DNA of 25,941 bases, taken from positions 1 through 25,941 of the forward strand of contig JBDGTY010000006.1 of NCBI GenBank assembly GCA_042216335.1, read 5' to 3'. Source of the stretch: Candidatus Nanohalobium sp. (lineage in GTDB: Archaea; Nanohalarchaeota; Nanosalinia; Nanosalinales; Nanosalinaceae). The position numbers and the translations under genes were made by a program. A model generated the notes under the pieces. That model made no database searches. It was not told where the DNA came from and saw only the letters and a program-made list of their open reading frames with translations. Below, in pieces: positions 23,814 to 25,941 of this stretch; positions within the stretch are counted from its first letter, which is position 1; every line of letters begins with the position of its first letter.

Positions 23814-25535
23814 GTGAGAAACCAAAAACTGTATCTCGTGGCCACCTTTCTTTTCTCTGCAGCATTTCTAATCGGTACGGGTTCCGCTACCTACCTGGTG
23901 AACTCCCAGGAATGGGAGGATGTGTACTCTGCATCTTACTACTCCTACAGCCAGAACCAGACACCGTACTTCCTGCGGAACGATAACCTGGGAGTGTTCA
24001 ACGTTATGCCTTACGGCGAGGAAGTGAATATAGTCGAATCGACGGACTCTCCTGTTGTCTCCGACGTGGCTAGTCAGGCCCGTGCCAGGGGCTTCCAGGT
24101 CGGAGAGGTGACGATGGTCGAAAACGCGAACCTTGAGCTTGCACCCGACAGTCCCGAAAGGCTTGTGGTCGTGCCGAGGGATTATCCTGCGGCGGCCGTG
24201 GCTGCCGCTCCCTACGCACGTGTAACGGATTCATGGGTTTTGATCGCGGGCGAGGACAACGTTGAGAGAGTCGAGCAGTTGATGCAGGAGGCATCGAGGA
24301 GCGTAATGATAGGTGACTTCGGAAGAGTCCTCTCCAACAACCTCGGAGATGAGGCCGATGAGAAAATTCTTTCCCCCAGCAAGTTCAACCTCTCCGTTCA
24401 GGTGGCGAAGGCCTACCTGGAGAGGAAAGATAGTAAGAAGGTCAGGGTTGCCAGCGGGAACTTTATCAGTCGGAGCATAGTCAGAGGTAAGTCTCCGGTG
24501 CTCCTGACAGGCACGAACTATCTTCCGGATGTCACCAGGAAGTTCCTTTTCGAGGAGCCTTCACACAACATATCCACCGCTATCATGATCGGCAACGAGA
24601 TGACTTCTGTCGGTGAGGATATCAGAAAGTATAATTTCACGCGGAACAACAGGACGACGGATGAAAAGATGACTGTATTCGTGAAGTACGGTCAGGCCCG
24701 GGGGGACTCGAGTCAGATCTACGCCATCAGCCTCTTCCCTCTTCCAACCGGCGACATATCGCTGAGCATCCCACGGGTGACTTACAACCCCGAGAGCGGA
24801 GAAGTCCTGATCACTTACCGGAACACAGGCGAGAGCAGGATGTACGAGTTGACAAGCTTCGAGGTAGTGTCGGACGGAGAGGTAGTGGCTACGGGAAGCG
24901 ACATGAACCCGGTTTTCATCGGCGGTAACTCCAACAGGACCGTCAGCTACGATACCAACATCAGTCAGTCGGTTCGTGATGCGTACGTCGAGTTTTCAAC
25001 GACCTACGGTGCCTCTCCCCAGCAGCTCGACACCTACCTGACGGAGGCAGGCCAGTTCAGTCCTCCTCTCAGGAAGAACCTGACAATCAAGCAGATAACG
25101 GACAGTTCCAACATGAGCGTGGAATCGGTGAAGTACTTCAAGGGTCTGGACAGGTTCAAGGTGAAGATCGTCAACCATCGAAGCCAGGAAGGGTTCGCCC
25201 AGGTAAGGTTGACGGATGTCATGGTGACCGGAGAAACCCAGTCCTTCGGCAGTGAGAGGAAGAAAGTTCCCGGAGATTCAAGCCAGACTTTCTACATGCC
25301 GGCAGAGCTTGACAGGATCGACCTGGGGCAGAACCAACGGGTCAACACGGTACTATCCTACGGCGAGGAAAGAAATCTTCTGGTCAAGACCAGTACATCC
25401 TCCCGTGAACTCAAAGTAGTGGAAAGGACGATAACACCGGTTATGATAGGAGTCGCCGCGATACTGTTGATTCTCATCGGCGGAGCGTTCCTGGCCTACC
25501 GCAGACTCGACATAGAGATCGAGGTAAACTCATAG
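23814..25535 (+). CDS. Membrane-anchored surface protein: CWB2-like alpha/beta repeats, two Ig-like domains, C-terminal TM helix
   Basis: Signal peptide; DYPAAAVAAAPYARVTDSWVLIA resembles the cell-wall-binding-2 repeat; ITYRNTG and VKIVNH beta domains; C-terminal VMIGVAAILLILIGGAFLAYRR. Confidence 0.75.
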   Translation: MRNQKLYLVATFLFSAAFLIGTGSATYLVNSQEWEDVYSASYYSYSQNQTPYFLRNDNLGVFNVMPYGEEVNIVESTDSPVVSDVASQARARGFQVGEVTMVENANLELAPDSPERLVVVPRDYPAAAVAAAPYARVTDSWVLIAGEDNVERVEQLMQEASRSVMIGDFGRVLSNNLGDEADEKILSPSKFNLSVQVAKAYLERKDSKKVRVASGNFISRSIVRGKSPVLLTGTNYLPDVTRKFLFEEPSHNISTAIMIGNEMTSVGEDIRKYNFTRNNRTTDEKMTVFVKYGQARGDSSQIYAISLFPLPTGDISLSIPRVTYNPESGEVLITYRNTGESRMYELTSFEVVSDGEVVATGSDMNPVFIGGNSNRTVSYDTNISQSVRDAYVEFSTTYGASPQQLDTYLTEAGQFSPPLRKNLTIKQITDSSNMSVESVKYFKGLDRFKVKIVNHRSQEGFAQVRLTDVMVTGETQSFGSERKKVPGDSSQTFYMPAELDRIDLGQNQRVNTVLSYGEERNLLVKTSTSSRELKVVERTITPVMIGVAAILLILIGGAFLAYRRLDIEIEVNS

Positions 25536-25941
25536 ACGACGTAGCCCGCGGCCAGAAACACCATCATGATTATCAGAACCACGATCAACAGAGTATAGCT
25601 CGGACGGGATTCCTCCTCTACCTCCTTCACGTCTGAGTAACTGTACTGGTTTCTGAACTCTCCCTGGAAAACCTTATAGCTCTCAGCACCTTCAAGATTC
25701 TTGATGACATGCCTTCCGGTTTCACCTACTGGAATCTTTACGCGAGACATACCCTCTCCGGCCTGGACCATAGTCCACACCGGTTCCTTCCCGTTATTCC
25801 TGAAAGCAACTTCAAGCCTTCCCTGCGAACTGTTGAGGCTGACAACCTCCAGATCCGTTACAGGTCCGACTGTCGACCCCGGAAGGTCCTCAGGCCGGAG
25901 GGTCCTGGAAACAGGTTCCGTTCTCTCAGTCGAGTAGTTGA
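25496..25941 (-). CDS. Partial (3' end) membrane-anchored surface protein with Ig-like domain and C-terminal TM helix
   Basis: The frame is open from the window edge (NYSTERTEPVSRTL...LEVAFRNNGKEPVW...) to the TM YTLLIVVLIIMMVFLAAGYVVY; 40-bp convergent overlap with 23814..25535. Confidence 0.75.
   Translation of the reverse strand, partial: NYSTERTEPVSRTLRPEDLPGSTVGPVTDLEVVSLNSSQGRLEVAFRNNGKEPVWTMVQAGEGMSRVKIPVGETGRHVIKNLEGAESYKVFQGEFRNQYSYSDVKEVEEESRPSYTLLIVVLIIMMVFLAAGYVVYEFTSISMSSLR

Noticed and set aside
1-25941. tRNA, rRNA or CRISPR array
   Set aside because: None recognised. The GGTTCG-containing hairpin at 2064-2092 (minus strand) lacks a cloverleaf context, and the periodic repeats in 12800-18100 are coding.

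Overview
Archaeal window, most consistent with a halophilic DPANN organism (Nanohaloarchaeota-like). This is an inference from the very acidic proteins, archaeal-type ValRS, TATA boxes about 23-25 nt upstream of leaderless starts, GAGGTG/AGGTGA Shine-Dalgarno sites and N-glycosylation-sequon-rich surface proteins. There are three zones. (1) 1-4217 is an AT-richer mobile island whose left end lies outside the window. It carries cargo genes, a structured bidirectional-promoter region with a candidate ~97-nt sRNA, a frameshifted DEDDy exonuclease coupled to an IS4/IS5-superfamily DDE transposase, and a right end built from three TTGTGCA motifs. (2) 4283-12030 is housekeeping (MBL hydrolase, metallophosphoesterase, valS, tatAC) interspersed with intact and decayed toxin-antitoxin modules. 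(3) 12072-25941 is a ~14-kb surface-structure locus: two modular trimeric-fibre-like adhesins (YadA-head repeats, a shared disulfide neck, phage-fibre-like C-termini, no beta-barrel), two paralogous secreted proteins of an unnamed domain, a MoxR-DUF58-vWA chaperone module and membrane-anchored proteins. Zone 3 is the best candidate for an undescribed system (a host-attachment appendage); the exonuclease/sRNA/transposase element is the second. All family assignments come from reading motifs; no database searches were run.
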